A DNA stretch of 64,000 nt from positions 124,001 to 188,000 of the IMG/VR virus record IMGVR_UViG_3300031251_000001. One strand, given 5' to 3'. Positions 8,887 through 18,946 of the stretch are shown in pieces. Position 1 is the stretch's first letter; each line of letters starts with the position of its first letter. The notes under the pieces are model-generated. The model did no database searches and was not told the origin of the DNA. It saw only the letters and a list, made by a program, of their open reading frames with translations. The position numbers and the translations under genes are program-made.

Positions 8887-9936
8887 TTACACACCCACGA
8901 ACCAATCCATCGTACGGATGCGACCATCAACTGAGTAGACGGAGCACACCTCGCCGGTACGGCACTGATAATCGAACTCCTTCTTCGGAATCCAGTAGGA
9001 CCCGGAAGGGGAATCATCAGCGGACATACCGTGAACGGGAATACACAGACCCGAGCTGGTCTGCTGGAACCAGTTGTTACAGATGTTGAAGATTTCACCC
9101 AAGTCGGGGTGACGCCAGTAACCGGATGACGATTCCTGGTGGCCCCAGGTATCGTAGCGACGAGGGCAGAAGAGCACGCGGGGAGTACCCGAGTAGTCCA
9201 TCTGCATCTTGCCGCCCCAATCACCGGCCCACGTGATGTGACGACCACGACGCAACTCGACGATAGCTTCATCAGCTGAGCGGATGCGGGTGTACTTGAG
9301 CTTGGACTTGGCGGCATCGGCCAACCACTCAGGCTTATGGTTGCGAGCAGCAGAGAACTGCAGCTCCACCTGCTTGGAGTAGACGATGACCTGGTCCTTG
9401 TACTGCGACCCGTCGACGTCGAGGATGGTGGGCTTGGGGAGGCCGGGGAGAGCAGTATCGGCCAGGCCGATCTCCGCCATCTCCATGGCCATCTGGGCAC
9501 CGCTGGAGCCCTCACCGGGGCTGTTGTCGCCCAGTGCAGCACGCGACTGCCCGTACGCCAGCAACGTGAAAGGCATGAAGATGCTCTCAGGGCGAGAGCA
9601 CATCAGCTTCTCGATGGCGATCTGGCCGCTGGAGGCGTTCTGGGCACCAGAGTTGACGCACGAGCCAGTCAGCTGATAGCTGCGTGGCTGCAGGCGGCCA
9701 CCGTTGGCTTGGCGCTCATAACGCCACAACTTCACCTCGTCACCCTGGATCTCCTGGATATCCTCACTGGGATCGAACTCCTGGATGTGGGGTGACATCA
9801 TGAACTTGGCGACAGCCTCTTCCTCAGCCTTCGATCGATCACCGATCGGGTTGTAGCCGAAGTTGATGTAGCTATCCATACCGGTGTAGCGTCGCTTGCC
9901 ACCGATCATTTCCAGTATGTCGTTGGGAATCGTCAT
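8887..9936 (-). CDS. papain-like (C1/CA clan) cysteine peptidase
   Basis: YQLTGSCV (Gln oxyanion and Cys nucleophile), WGHQ (His) and ICNNW (Asn; NSW-like) in canonical order; start follows GGAGGA. Confidence 0.7.
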   Translation of the reverse strand: MTIPNDILEMIGGKRRYTGMDSYINFGYNPIGDRSKAEEEAVAKFMMSPHIQEFDPSEDIQEIQGDEVKLWRYERQANGGRLQPRSYQLTGSCVNSGAQNASSGQIAIEKLMCSRPESIFMPFTLLAYGQSRAALGDNSPGEGSSGAQMAMEMAEIGLADTALPGLPKPTILDVDGSQYKDQVIVYSKQVELQFSAARNHKPEWLADAAKSKLKYTRIRSADEAIVELRRGRHITWAGDWGGKMQMDYSGTPRVLFCPRRYDTWGHQESSSGYWRHPDLGEIFNICNNWFQQTSSGLCIPVHGMSADDSPSGSYWIPKKEFDYQCRTGEVCSVYSVDGRIRTMDWFVGV

Positions 9937-9988
9937 GGCTCTCAGTCCTCCGTGATGGCTTCGTTTAACCTGAACGACCTTGTTCGGG

Positions 9989-10942
9989 TTACTTGACGGC
10001 AGCTGCGGCGGCTTTGAGAGCCGTGTAGATCTGTAGATAGGTGGCGGAGAGGGCTTTCCGCTTGTCATCGGTCAGTGTGACATCAGGATCGGTACCCACC
10101 GCGGTGGCGATCATGCTGGCCAGCTCGGTACGGGTGTTCTTGAGGAACGGAGGCGGCGGCACGCTCTTCTCCAGCCACAAGCCCTTGTGCTTCTGGAAGA
10201 GAGCAGCCGGCGTCTTGATCGCCACTGCCGGATCGTTGAGCGAGAGATTCGTAGACATGGCCTTATAGGTCTCGACCCAGTCGGCTGCCTTGGCCCAGTT
10301 AGCAGCATCATCCTTCTTGTCATCGGTCAGGGTAGCAGTGAACTTGCCGGTGAGCGTGGTGTCAGCTGGAGGCCCCACAGGGGTGACAGGAGTAACGGGG
10401 TTGTCAGGCTTGGGGATCACAGGATCGGGGATGGCACTCTTGACGAGCACCGCCATGCGATTGGTTCGCACCGGCGGTGTCTTAACGTCGTCGGCATTTC
10501 GCCAGGCACTGACCGCGATCGTTCCCGGATTGTTGGCGTAGATCACCGCCCACCAATGCGGACGGGCCGGAAGCGTGTGCCACTTCGTTTCCGTCTCACC
10601 TACCATCACGCCGCGAATACGAGCCGTCTGACCCGGAGCAAACAGCTCCACTGTCAGGACGACATCGTTGGAGCTGTCCCAGTTGGCGATCGGCCAAGGG
10701 TCAGTCTCGTTCTTGGGTGTTGGCGGGTAGATGTAATAAAACTCCCCCACGTTCATGGTCATCGACTTGTCGGAAAGACGGTCGAGGACATCCTTGTTCT
10801 TTTTGATATCCGATTCGGCCTTCTTGATGGCGGTCATCGCCTGTTCAGTGTCGGCCTTCATGGACGTGCCGCCCATGATGATCTGTGCCGAGGCAGTCTG
10901 CGGCAGGATCAGCAAAAGCAACAAGGTGATCTTCTTGAGCAC
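9989..10942 (-). CDS. secreted hypothetical protein with Pro-rich linker
   Basis: signal peptide MLKKITLLLLLILPQTASA; PDPVIPKPDNPVTPVTP linker. Confidence 0.75.
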   Translation of the reverse strand: MLKKITLLLLLILPQTASAQIIMGGTSMKADTEQAMTAIKKAESDIKKNKDVLDRLSDKSMTMNVGEFYYIYPPTPKNETDPWPIANWDSSNDVVLTVELFAPGQTARIRGVMVGETETKWHTLPARPHWWAVIYANNPGTIAVSAWRNADDVKTPPVRTNRMAVLVKSAIPDPVIPKPDNPVTPVTPVGPPADTTLTGKFTATLTDDKKDDAANWAKAADWVETYKAMSTNLSLNDPAVAIKTPAALFQKHKGLWLEKSVPPPPFLKNTRTELASMIATAVGTDPDVTLTDDKRKALSATYLQIYTALKAAAAAVK

Positions 10943-11018
10943 GTGAGAGTCCTTTCTTCAACGTGGGGGTGCGATAGGTAGGGTGATCTTAGTCGATCAG
11001 GGTGGCACTTGGCAATAT

Positions 11019-11303
11019 CTAACGGCCGGGGACGCGCTTGAACACCTGACGCTCGGTCGCCTGCCCCTGTCTGACGATCTCATCCTGGAGGTAGTCATAC
11101 AGGTTGATGATACCATCAGCGACGTTCGGCGGGCTGGGAGCGTTATTCAGCGAAGCGGTCATCGCCTGGGCTTGTTTGAGCAGCCAGGCCTTCTGCTTGT
11201 GAAGATCGCCGAGGCCCAGGGACAGGGTCACTTCGATCGTGACGCTTTGGTTGCGGGGCTTCAAAATACGTATTTTGGAATCAGACTTGGCTCGTTTGGC
11301 CAT
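11019..11303 (-). CDS. hypothetical protein
   Basis: 94-aa ORF with AAGGA RBS; contains palindrome copy 1. Confidence 0.55.
   Translation of the reverse strand: MAKRAKSDSKIRILKPRNQSVTIEVTLSLGLGDLHKQKAWLLKQAQAMTASLNNAPSPPNVADGIINLYDYLQDEIVRQGQATERQVFKRVPGR
11262..11277. promoter_or_regulatory. dispersed 16-bp palindrome CAAAATACGTATTTTG, copy 1
   Basis: exact match; 3 nt after the TGA of 11281..11790. Confidence 0.9.
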
Positions 11304-11790
11304 GGGTAATGTCCTTATACCGCCTGGCAGCCTCCCGGCCGTTCAGGTGGAGTGGGTAAGAGTCGAGATTGTCGAAGCCGTGGTAGAGACCGACGACCCG
11401 CCAGGCTTGTGCCCGTTCAAGAGGGTCATCGGAGCAGAAGGAGGCGATGAGGTCTTCCTCCCGGTTCCCATCGGTGATGCTGTCCAGGTTGGACAGGTAG
11501 GTGGTGTCCTGGGGCCGTTCCGCTCGCCTGGACTCCCGCGTGGCGAACCAGGCGGACTTGTCGGGATGGAACTTGTTGTCGCTCAGGACGTTGTTGATGT
11601 ACGTACACGGTTCCAGGTTAAACCGGTACACGGTGTAGCGTGATCGGCCGCGAGCGTCTTCGTCAACTTCCAGGTACTCGGCCTGGGGCGGATAGACGCC
11701 GGTCTCATCGACGAAGATGAAGTAGCCGCCGTGGTCAAGCGGGTTGGCGTCGCCCAGGTTGGCGACGAACTTCCACTTGGGTTGAGACAT
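11281..11790 (-). CDS. hypothetical phage protein
   Basis: 169-aa ORF with good codon pattern and packing. Confidence 0.75.
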   Translation of the reverse strand: MSQPKWKFVANLGDANPLDHGGYFIFVDETGVYPPQAEYLEVDEDARGRSRYTVYRFNLEPCTYINNVLSDNKFHPDKSAWFATRESRRAERPQDTTYLSNLDSITDGNREEDLIASFCSDDPLERAQAWRVVGLYHGFDNLDSYPLHLNGREAARRYKDITHGQTSQV

Positions 11791-13653
11791 GTTTGACCTT
11801 CTTCTTGAGACCGTGGATGGTCACAAAGAGAACGAACTCGTCACGTGTCGTGATGACGTGGTAGTCACGACGCAGGGTGTTCTCATTCTCCTGTGTCCAC
11901 TCCATGTAGCCCAGACGACGTGTGTGGTGACCGGGCGGCTTCACGTCCACTTTGATCCACTGGGGGTTGTTCATGGTGTGCTTTCTAATAATGCCACTTG
12001 GCGCCGTTTGGCGAGCAGGAAGTGGCGAACTTGCTCTCGAATATGCCCAAGACTGATCAAGGATGTCCGCGAGGCGTCTCAGCACTCGGACGGCACTTGG
12101 GAGCCCTGCACGACAGCGCTGCATGGATAAGACCTACTCGGGATCTACCTTCGCTTTCGGCTCGTCCTTTTCGGTGGTGCGTAGTTGTTCCACCAGTTCT
12201 TCATTCATTTTCTGCAGCTGGGCATTGTGCTTCTTGGTGTTGATGAGCTCGCTGGCGAGAGCTAGGACCAGGTTGTCGCCGGTCAGGTCTCGCCACTCTT
12301 CACCATGTCGCTGCGCCCGGAACTTGCGGTGAGCTGACGGCATGATGACGCGGTACTTACCGTCCGCGATGTCAATCATGTCATCGGTGCAGACGAGTTT
12401 CTTCTCGGCCACGCTTCCTCCTTCAGGCAATACGCTTGCCGTGCTCATCGACTTTGGGATCGATGCTGAAGTCACCCACGGTGTTACCGTTGGTGTCGAT
12501 CAGCTTCTTGTTTTCGAGCTTTTCGCCGGCCAGGATGGCGGCAGAAACACTCTTGACGATCTTGTCGACTTCCTTCTTGGGGTTACCAACGTAGGCGTCG
12601 TTTTCGGTGCTGAAGTAGATTACTACTTTCATAATGGCCCTTCTGGGGGTTTAGCGTTCTTGAGCTCGTTGGCACACTTGATCATGTGATTGGCCATTTT
12701 GATGGCACTCTCAGGCGACAACGAGAGCCAGTCCATAGAGATAGGAAATTGCAACATCACCCTGCCCTTCTCTGGCACAGCGAAAATCGAGACGGTGTGT
12801 TCACCAGCCTCACTACGCATGGCAGGGTTGTTCTTCTTAGCCAATTCCAGGTCGTTCTGCTGGTAGATCAGTTTGACCACGTGGTCGAATGCCTTGTAGT
12901 CGGCCTTGCTGAGCTGGAGGGTGCCGTCGTCCAGGTTCTTGGCGTCATGCACCTCCAGCTTGAGATCCACCACGGGAGATTGCGTGCTGTCATACGTGCC
13001 CCAGGAGATCATGCCGTCGATGATGGCGTGATTGTTGGGATCCTGGAGCTGGCGACGCAAGGCGATACGCGCAGCTGGCAGGCTGGGTCCTTTGATGGAC
13101 ACCAGCCCGACCGCGTAGTCACCGTTACGGAGCTTCTTCTTAACGAAGACAGGGAAGAACATGGCTACTCCTCATTGGCGATACGATTGAGCAGGTCAAG
13201 TAAAGCCTGCTCGACCGCGACTCGTATCTCCAGTTTAACGTCCTCGGTCTGTGGTTCAGGCTGGACCAAGGGCGAACTGGTGATGTGAAGGACGTAACCC
13301 TGCCCCAGCTTCTGGTAGCTGTAGTCGAGACGCGGGACGCCGAGGGGCTTGGGTTCCTTGCGCTCGGGCCGATTGAGGATCTTCATTTCCTCTTTGGTGA
13401 CGCAGCGATGGATCTGCAGCGTCTTCTGTGCCCAGCCAAGCCAGCGGTTGAACTTATCACGGCGTCCCGCCATGAGGAAGTCGTCCATCTGGTCGCACAT
13501 GTAGAGGACGTGTTGGAGGTCGTCAGCGATCCGGGTGGCGTCCTCGTGCTGGTGCGGCACGTCAGGCGCGCCGGCGCAGCGCGACAGCAGATTCGACTTG
13601 GCCACTCGTCGCATGACGTCGACGATCTTGTGGCCGTGCTTATTGGAGATCAA
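11787..13653 (-). other. run of small/medium hypothetical genes (12134..12475, 12423..12632, 12629..13162, 13165..13653 and a small ORF near 11787-11975)
   Basis: consecutive minus-strand ORFs with overlapping or adjacent stop/start codons and GGAG RBSs; no recognisable family. Confidence 0.65.
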
Positions 13654-14417
13654 TACTGGCTTACCTCCGACATGAAGCGTTCGTCAGCGGCGTGAATGAA
13701 CGCTTTGAACAGGTTGATGTCCAGGGCCGAGCTGGTCTCAGAGTGAGGGTGCCACTGGACGCCAATGCAGAACCAGAGGGGATCGACAGGCTCGATCGCC
13801 TCGATCACGCTGTCCAGAGCCATCGCACAGACCTTGAACCCCGGTCCCGTCTTGTGGACGGCCTGCGAGTGATAACTATTGACCCGGATCTCGCCCGGCT
13901 GGTCGTAGATCTTATCGAGCTGGGTCTTGGGGAGGATGTTGATCGCGTGACGGTGCGGGCCGCCAGTGATGTCCTTGTGCGGCAACGCCTTGGGCATATC
14001 TTCAGCGATGTAGGCGTAGTTGGTGCCGCCCGTCACCAGGTTGAGTTCCAGCATCCCGTTGGCAATCGCCAGGATCGGGAGCTTCTTGCTGACCGCGTAC
14101 TGGGCCAGGGCAAAATCAAAATCCTCCTTGATCTTGTTCATTTCCCTGCCGGAGGGATGTGTCAATTGCTTGGTTCGCCTCTGACTGATGCAGTCGGGCG
14201 AGCCGGCCAGGATGATGCCATTCAGGCGATCAAGGAGGCCGTAGTCCATGTACTCGAGCGCAACAGGAGCCAGGAGAATCGGGCTTCCTTCGGCCTGGTT
14301 GACGCAATCGATATAGCCGGCATGCAGACGGGTTTGAGCCCCAGCGATCTTCCCCGCCGGCATATAGTCCAGGTTAATTCCAATCAGTGGTCGCACGTTA
14401 CCAGCCTTTCTCTTCAA
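13650..14417 (-). CDS. gamma-glutamyl-gamma-aminobutyrate hydrolase / peptidase C26 family protein (class I GATase fold), catalytic Cys absent
   Basis: RPLIGIN, LDRLNGIILAG, LPILAIANGM (canonical GICRG), EIRVNSYHSQAV, IEAIE, IGVQWHPH (canonical WHPE). Confidence 0.88.
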   Translation of the reverse strand: MKRKAGNVRPLIGINLDYMPAGKIAGAQTRLHAGYIDCVNQAEGSPILLAPVALEYMDYGLLDRLNGIILAGSPDCISQRRTKQLTHPSGREMNKIKEDFDFALAQYAVSKKLPILAIANGMLELNLVTGGTNYAYIAEDMPKALPHKDITGGPHRHAINILPKTQLDKIYDQPGEIRVNSYHSQAVHKTGPGFKVCAMALDSVIEAIEPVDPLWFCIGVQWHPHSETSSALDINLFKAFIHAADERFMSEVSQY

Positions 14418-14700
14418 CGTGTTTCGTCAGGATGTCATAGAGCTCTTTGTTATAGGGGTTGCTCCAGCGGTCTGGGCCAACGTCGAAGACAACCACCTTG
14501 TCGCGGCACCCGTTCGGTACCGCACTAATGAAATGAGGCTGCAGGAGGACAATGTGATCTGCCCACATGGCGTTCCAGTGGATAGCGTCGGGGCTGGTGT
14601 GAGCACCGGCCGCGATCGCCTGGTAACCCTTGGCGTGCAAGACACGAGTCAAGCACACCGAGCGACTGTGACCATACTGGCAGACGCAGAGGAACCTCAT
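14398..14700 (-). CDS. low-molecular-weight phosphotyrosine-phosphatase-like protein
   Basis: MRFLCVCQYGHSRS: CX5R(S) P-loop right after the N-terminal beta strand; WADHIV; DVGPD. Confidence 0.65.
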   Translation of the reverse strand: MRFLCVCQYGHSRSVCLTRVLHAKGYQAIAAGAHTSPDAIHWNAMWADHIVLLQPHFISAVPNGCRDKVVVFDVGPDRWSNPYNKELYDILTKHVEEKGW

Positions 14701-15125
14701 GCCGCCACCGTGTTCCTTCCTTTGACTGTGGACCCGAGCAGGATGGCGACCTTACCCCAGTTGCAATCGTTGATGGCATCTTGCAGGGTATCGCGGAAGT
14801 GGGCAAGGACCTCCAGCTGATCTTCACCGCGAGCCAGGATTCTCAGCTCGTGACCGTCGAAGGAGATTGCAAAGGGGAGAGGCGTCAACGGGGCCATGAC
14901 CGGCGGTTCCATCCCTAATTCCTTACGGATAGAGATAAATATGTCGGGCATGCGCTGCTCGACGAACTCCAGAAAGTCCTTTTTGTCGACACGGCGATCA
15001 CCTGGTTTGCCATCCACGGTGGGGAGCCGTGTTCCCTTGAGCAAGCCACCATCGATCCACTTGCTCGTGGTTCGCGGGGCCACACCGCACATTTTCGAGA
15101 TGTCACCAGTCGTTAACTGATCCAT
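14697..15125 (-). CDS. excisionase/MerR-like HTH DNA-binding protein
   Basis: LTTGDISKMCGVAPRTTSKWIDGGLLKGTRLP..GDRRV; resembles the N-terminal HTH of planctomycete regulators (TTGQVAKICKVAPRTVSKWFDSG, recalled). Confidence 0.8.
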   Translation of the reverse strand: MDQLTTGDISKMCGVAPRTTSKWIDGGLLKGTRLPTVDGKPGDRRVDKKDFLEFVEQRMPDIFISIRKELGMEPPVMAPLTPLPFAISFDGHELRILARGEDQLEVLAHFRDTLQDAINDCNWGKVAILLGSTVKGRNTVAA

Positions 15126-15136
15126 GGAATAATCCC

Positions 15137-15532
15137 TTATTGCAGGTTGACGCCGTACTTCAGCGGCTTGGCTCGATCAACAAGATGGTTGATGAATCCT
15201 TCCGCCTCCTCGACTGACCGAGGTTGTGGGTCGCAGTTTACCAAGACGGCACTCCAGTTGTCAGTACCAGCTTCACAGCAGAAGGCGTAAAACCTGACTT
15301 TGTGCTCTAGGGTACGGTTGGAGTGTTCCAGGTCGGAAGAGACGATCACGCAGCCCCGATGCACGTCCAGCGTTTCATTCTGACCGTGCGTTTTAACGGA
15401 GCCATCACTGTTATTAAAGAACAAAGGCACGCGTTCACGTGCCTGGTCCAGATCCATGTCCGTGTCAATCAGCGAGGTCGACCCGTCAGAGCGGACGACC
15501 TCAGTGATGTGATCACTGTCACGCAGGTTCAT
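15137..15532 (-). CDS. hypothetical protein
   Basis: start MNLRDSD overlaps the upstream TGA (ATGA). Confidence 0.65.
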   Translation of the reverse strand: MNLRDSDHITEVVRSDGSTSLIDTDMDLDQARERVPLFFNNSDGSVKTHGQNETLDVHRGCVIVSSDLEHSNRTLEHKVRFYAFCCEAGTDNWSAVLVNCDPQPRSVEEAEGFINHLVDRAKPLKYGVNLQ

Positions 15533-16011
15533 GCTGCTTCTTTCGCGAAGTAGTTCTTGAGCAGCATCTCGACGTAGGCCTTCACCCACCTGCCGGCGGT
15601 CGTACGGTAGTTGAAGTCGTACTTCTTGAAGGCCGTCGTCCGGATCCACTCGCGGAGGTCCTTGCCGAACTCCTGCGACCGGGCGTACCAGTCACAGACC
15701 ATCTCGGCGACGGCGATCTCCGGCATGTGTTCGATGCCGCCCCAGAACTCGGGGTGATGATCATTGGTGGAAACGTGCTGCTGAATGGCAGCACGCAGCT
15801 TGTCGGTATTGACGTCATCGCCTACGTGGAGATATTCCCACTCCACGCCGAAGAACTTGGAAGTATCGTGACTGAAGCCGCGGGCGATGAGTAACCGCCC
15901 GAACTCGACACGACCCTGGGCGACTAAGCGTTTGCCCAGCAGGGAGCAACCGCCTCTGACCAGGTGAATATGCCGGGTCAGATTTTCCAAGTGTTCATCG
16001 AAGGACAACAT
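15529..16011 (-). CDS. HD-like phage protein (DUF5662-like)
   Basis: HDTSKF, HVSTNDHHPEF, AEMVCDWYARS. Confidence 0.7.
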   Translation of the reverse strand: MLSFDEHLENLTRHIHLVRGGCSLLGKRLVAQGRVEFGRLLIARGFSHDTSKFFGVEWEYLHVGDDVNTDKLRAAIQQHVSTNDHHPEFWGGIEHMPEIAVAEMVCDWYARSQEFGKDLREWIRTTAFKKYDFNYRTTAGRWVKAYVEMLLKNYFAKEAA

Positions 16012-17946
16012 CAGGCCTCCTTATGTTAAGGGATCTCAGCTCAGCGATGACTTGCCGGAACGCTTCCTGGCCGGTTTGCTGGCGACCGATGGCGATGCAG
16101 CGAAGTCCCGTCTTGTTCTGAGTGAATCGCTTCGAGGACTCCTTGTCAGCGAAGCGGCAATAGACGCGAAGTACGCAGTCCGTTGTATAGAGTTTGTGCA
16201 TCGAGAGGGTCATCGGCCCGTAGGCCGTGTTCAACTCGATATTGACATCCCCCAGGTAGATGGATTCATGGTCCAGATGTGATCGGTGGTCGCCAATCAT
16301 CGTGTAGATGTGACTGACCAGCATCTTGCGGCACCGTCTGATCTGGGGCTTTCTCATTTGGGATTATTCTCCACGTAGTCGATAAGTTGGTCCGCCAGCT
16401 TAGCAATGGGGATGCAGAACTGGCGGGAGTTGACATTAGCGATGATACCGTGGTTGGTGATGTGGACGACGATCTTGTATCCGCGATGCACGGCCTGGGC
16501 CGCGTGCGCGACGAAGTAGAGGTTGACAGGCTGGTGTTCCAGGAGCTCCACCCTGATCGGCGGGCGCTTCACGGCGTTCACACTCCTGCCTTCCTCAACC
16601 GTGCGTTTCTTGGGTGCGGTCATGGGTTCCTTTAATCGTGTTGACGGATGAGACGGCCCACGTCGCGGCCGAGGTTGTAGACCCTTTCATCGGGACCACC
16701 GTGGTTACCGGCGAAGATCCCCGATTGAGAGAACGGACACTCAGGGTCATCGACTCCGCTGGTGAAGTAACATACCGTGTCGGTCGGGCACTCAAACAAA
16801 TAGGCCAGGTAGACAACAATGGCCTTGTAGATGTAGTCAGCAGCTGCCAGCCGTTCGCTGGAGAGGGTGCTCTGACTATTAACCACGCAGCGCTGGATGG
16901 CTGGTTTATCGAGCAGGAGTGCAGTAGCAGGGCAGCAATAACCGTCACCGATGAAAATGCCCCAGGAGAGTTTGAGACCGGCTTTGTCGGCAGCGGCCTT
17001 GGCTTGGTCGTAAAGTTCTTGTGCGGTGATCATGGCATCCTTAAACGAAGATGTACTCAATGGCACTCCAGCACATGAAGTAGCAGGGTTTACCTCGGTA
17101 CCGGGATTTATGGTAAGAGACGTGGTAGTCGTCTTTGAGGTGCAAGCCCTTCTCTGGTCCGATACTGTAGCCCATGCCTTTGATGACATCCTGGGCGTCG
17201 CAGTGCTTGAGGAAGGTAGCACGGCTGATATCGCGAGCTTCGTCACACATCTTCTGGATCGACGGGCCGTGTCCATTGACGCAGTTGGTCAGGAAGTGGA
17301 ACTTACCCCGCTTTACGGGTAGTCTTCTTCCGAGTTGAAGTGGAGGGCTTGGTGGGCTCCGGAGCAGCCACGACGAAGGTAATGGTGACCTCATCGTCGT
17401 CGTTGTCGGTGTTGACAGAGTGAACTCGTTCATAACACAGGTCCAAAGGGTACAAGTCGTGAATCATGGCTTCGAGGTCCATGTCGTCGACATTCTGGAG
17501 GGAGTTGCAGATGTGATCGATGACCGCTTGACGATCGAAGGTTTCAGTCCGGAGAGGAGAATCGACCAACAACCGTCTGAGTTTGCCGGCGTTCTCCTCG
17601 TTGACGGAGATGTCGTAGCGGTCCTTGCCAAGTGGCAAGAACTCAAACCAGCAACCGTCGGCCGCGATCTTCTCCATGATGCGGATGGCCTTGCGGACAC
17701 CGTTGACCTGAATATGGAAAGTCATTTGGGTTTCTCCAGGTGGACGATGCAGATCCCCAGGGCGTCCACGACTTTGGGGACGCTCTTGGGGTTGTCGTGA
17801 ATCATGCACATGCGTTTGGGGTTGCTGGGGTGGGAGGAGTACGAGCGGGCACAATCGGCACAGCTGGGTTGATCAATGAGACTTGGAGACTGCACGCGAT
17901 ACGTGCGGTCGCGCTTTGGCTGCAGCTTTGGCTTGGACAGCGGCAT
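15995..17946 (-). other. run of hypothetical genes (15995..16357, 16354..16623, 16632..17033, 17041..~17310, 17303..17725, 17722..17946)
   Basis: consecutive overlapping minus-strand ORFs with RBSs; no assignable function. Confidence 0.65.
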
Positions 17947-18409
17947 AGAGCTCCTTGTGTTTCATCAGGTACCGGATTGCTGCACGAAGAACAGAGATGT
18001 TGTCCTTCAGGAGTCCCAGCCCTCGATTACACGAGTCGCATAGCACGCCTCTTACTTTTCCAGTGACGTGATCGTGGTCGACTGGAAATGTTTTGTGCGC
18101 ACCATAGTGGCCATCCTGTACACGATCTTTAGTTCGGCAGATCGCGCACTTGCCACCTTGAGAGACGAGAATGTTATCGTAGTCATCCAATGTAATTCCA
18201 TATTTCTTAGCGAATCGCAGTTTACGCGCATACCTTCTCTCTCGCTCGCGATACCCAGGTTCGTTCTGTCGTCTCCAACGTGAGCGAGCTATACCACCTT
18301 CTGAGTGGCACTTCTTGCACCAAGATTGACCCGATGTTTTGCTGTACCTCGGAAAGAACTCGTCGGGGTGTTTAGACAGTTTGCACTTAGTGCAGGTTAT
18401 CTTTTTCAT
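17873..18409 (-). CDS. endonuclease VII-family (His-Me finger) homing endonuclease
   Basis: N-terminal CTKC..CKKC; YGITLDDY..GGKCAIC..PVDHDHVTGKVRGVLCDSCNRGLG. Confidence 0.9.
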   Translation of the reverse strand: MKKITCTKCKLSKHPDEFFPRYSKTSGQSWCKKCHSEGGIARSRWRRQNEPGYRERERRYARKLRFAKKYGITLDDYDNILVSQGGKCAICRTKDRVQDGHYGAHKTFPVDHDHVTGKVRGVLCDSCNRGLGLLKDNISVLRAAIRYLMKHKELYAAVQAKAAAKARPHVSRAVSKSH

Positions 18410-18479
18410 ACTGACAGTTTACAATAAAACCTGTCAGTGTGAATACCAACAGCCAGGGGTAGCGAGGTGCGGGCCATGT

Positions 18480-18488
18480 TGCTATACT
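18480..18488 (+). promoter_or_regulatory. extended -10 promoter element TGcTATACT
   Basis: matches TGnTATAnT, about 55 nt upstream of the plus-strand gene at 18542. Confidence 0.45.
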
Positions 18489-18541
18489 CCCTCTGTTGAC
18501 AACCCGTTGTGGGTCGTCGGTTATGTTGTGAAAGGATTCAG

Positions 18542-18946
18542 ATGTTCAACGCTACGAATACCAAAGCCCAGGCGATTGCCCAGACGCTGGATAAGAGTGT
18601 GCAGGGGTTCCTGCCCATCCTGATCATCGTGCAGATCATCGCTGCGGTACTGCCCGAGCTGATCAAGTGCTTCATCCCCAAGGACCCCGCCCAGGCCAAG
18701 GATTACGTCAACAAGCGTTATACCGCTGCCAACCATGGTGATCAGTATGGTGGCTACAACCCGGTCACAGTCAAGCGGGTCATGAAGCTGGTACGTAGCC
18801 AAGCCGCGACTCACGGGCACCACGACATGAGTGATCCCGCTGCTCGCGATGCCGCGATCAAGATGCTGGAAGACATCCGCACCAGCGACCCCCAGAGCAT
18901 GCAGGACGTCATGACAGAGACATACCAGTCACTGAAGCGCAACTAG
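18542..18946 (+). CDS. hypothetical membrane protein (one of two plus-strand genes)
   Basis: AAGGA RBS before ATG 18542; hydrophobic FLPILIIVQIIAAVLPELIKCF; fills a gap with no minus-strand gene. Confidence 0.75.
   Translation: MFNATNTKAQAIAQTLDKSVQGFLPILIIVQIIAAVLPELIKCFIPKDPAQAKDYVNKRYTAANHGDQYGGYNPVTVKRVMKLVRSQAATHGHHDMSDPAARDAAIKMLEDIRTSDPQSMQDVMTETYQSLKRN

Noticed and set aside
11262-11277. Palindrome as a canonical bacterial parS site
   Set aside because: It shares only the 16-bp length and ACGT centre with TGTTNCACGTGAAACA, the arms differ, and no parAB is present in the window; kept only as an analogy
18496-18527. TTGACA...TATGTT sigma70 promoter for the plus-strand gene
   Set aside because: The spacer is 20 nt, too long; the extended -10 at 18480-18488 is the better candidate
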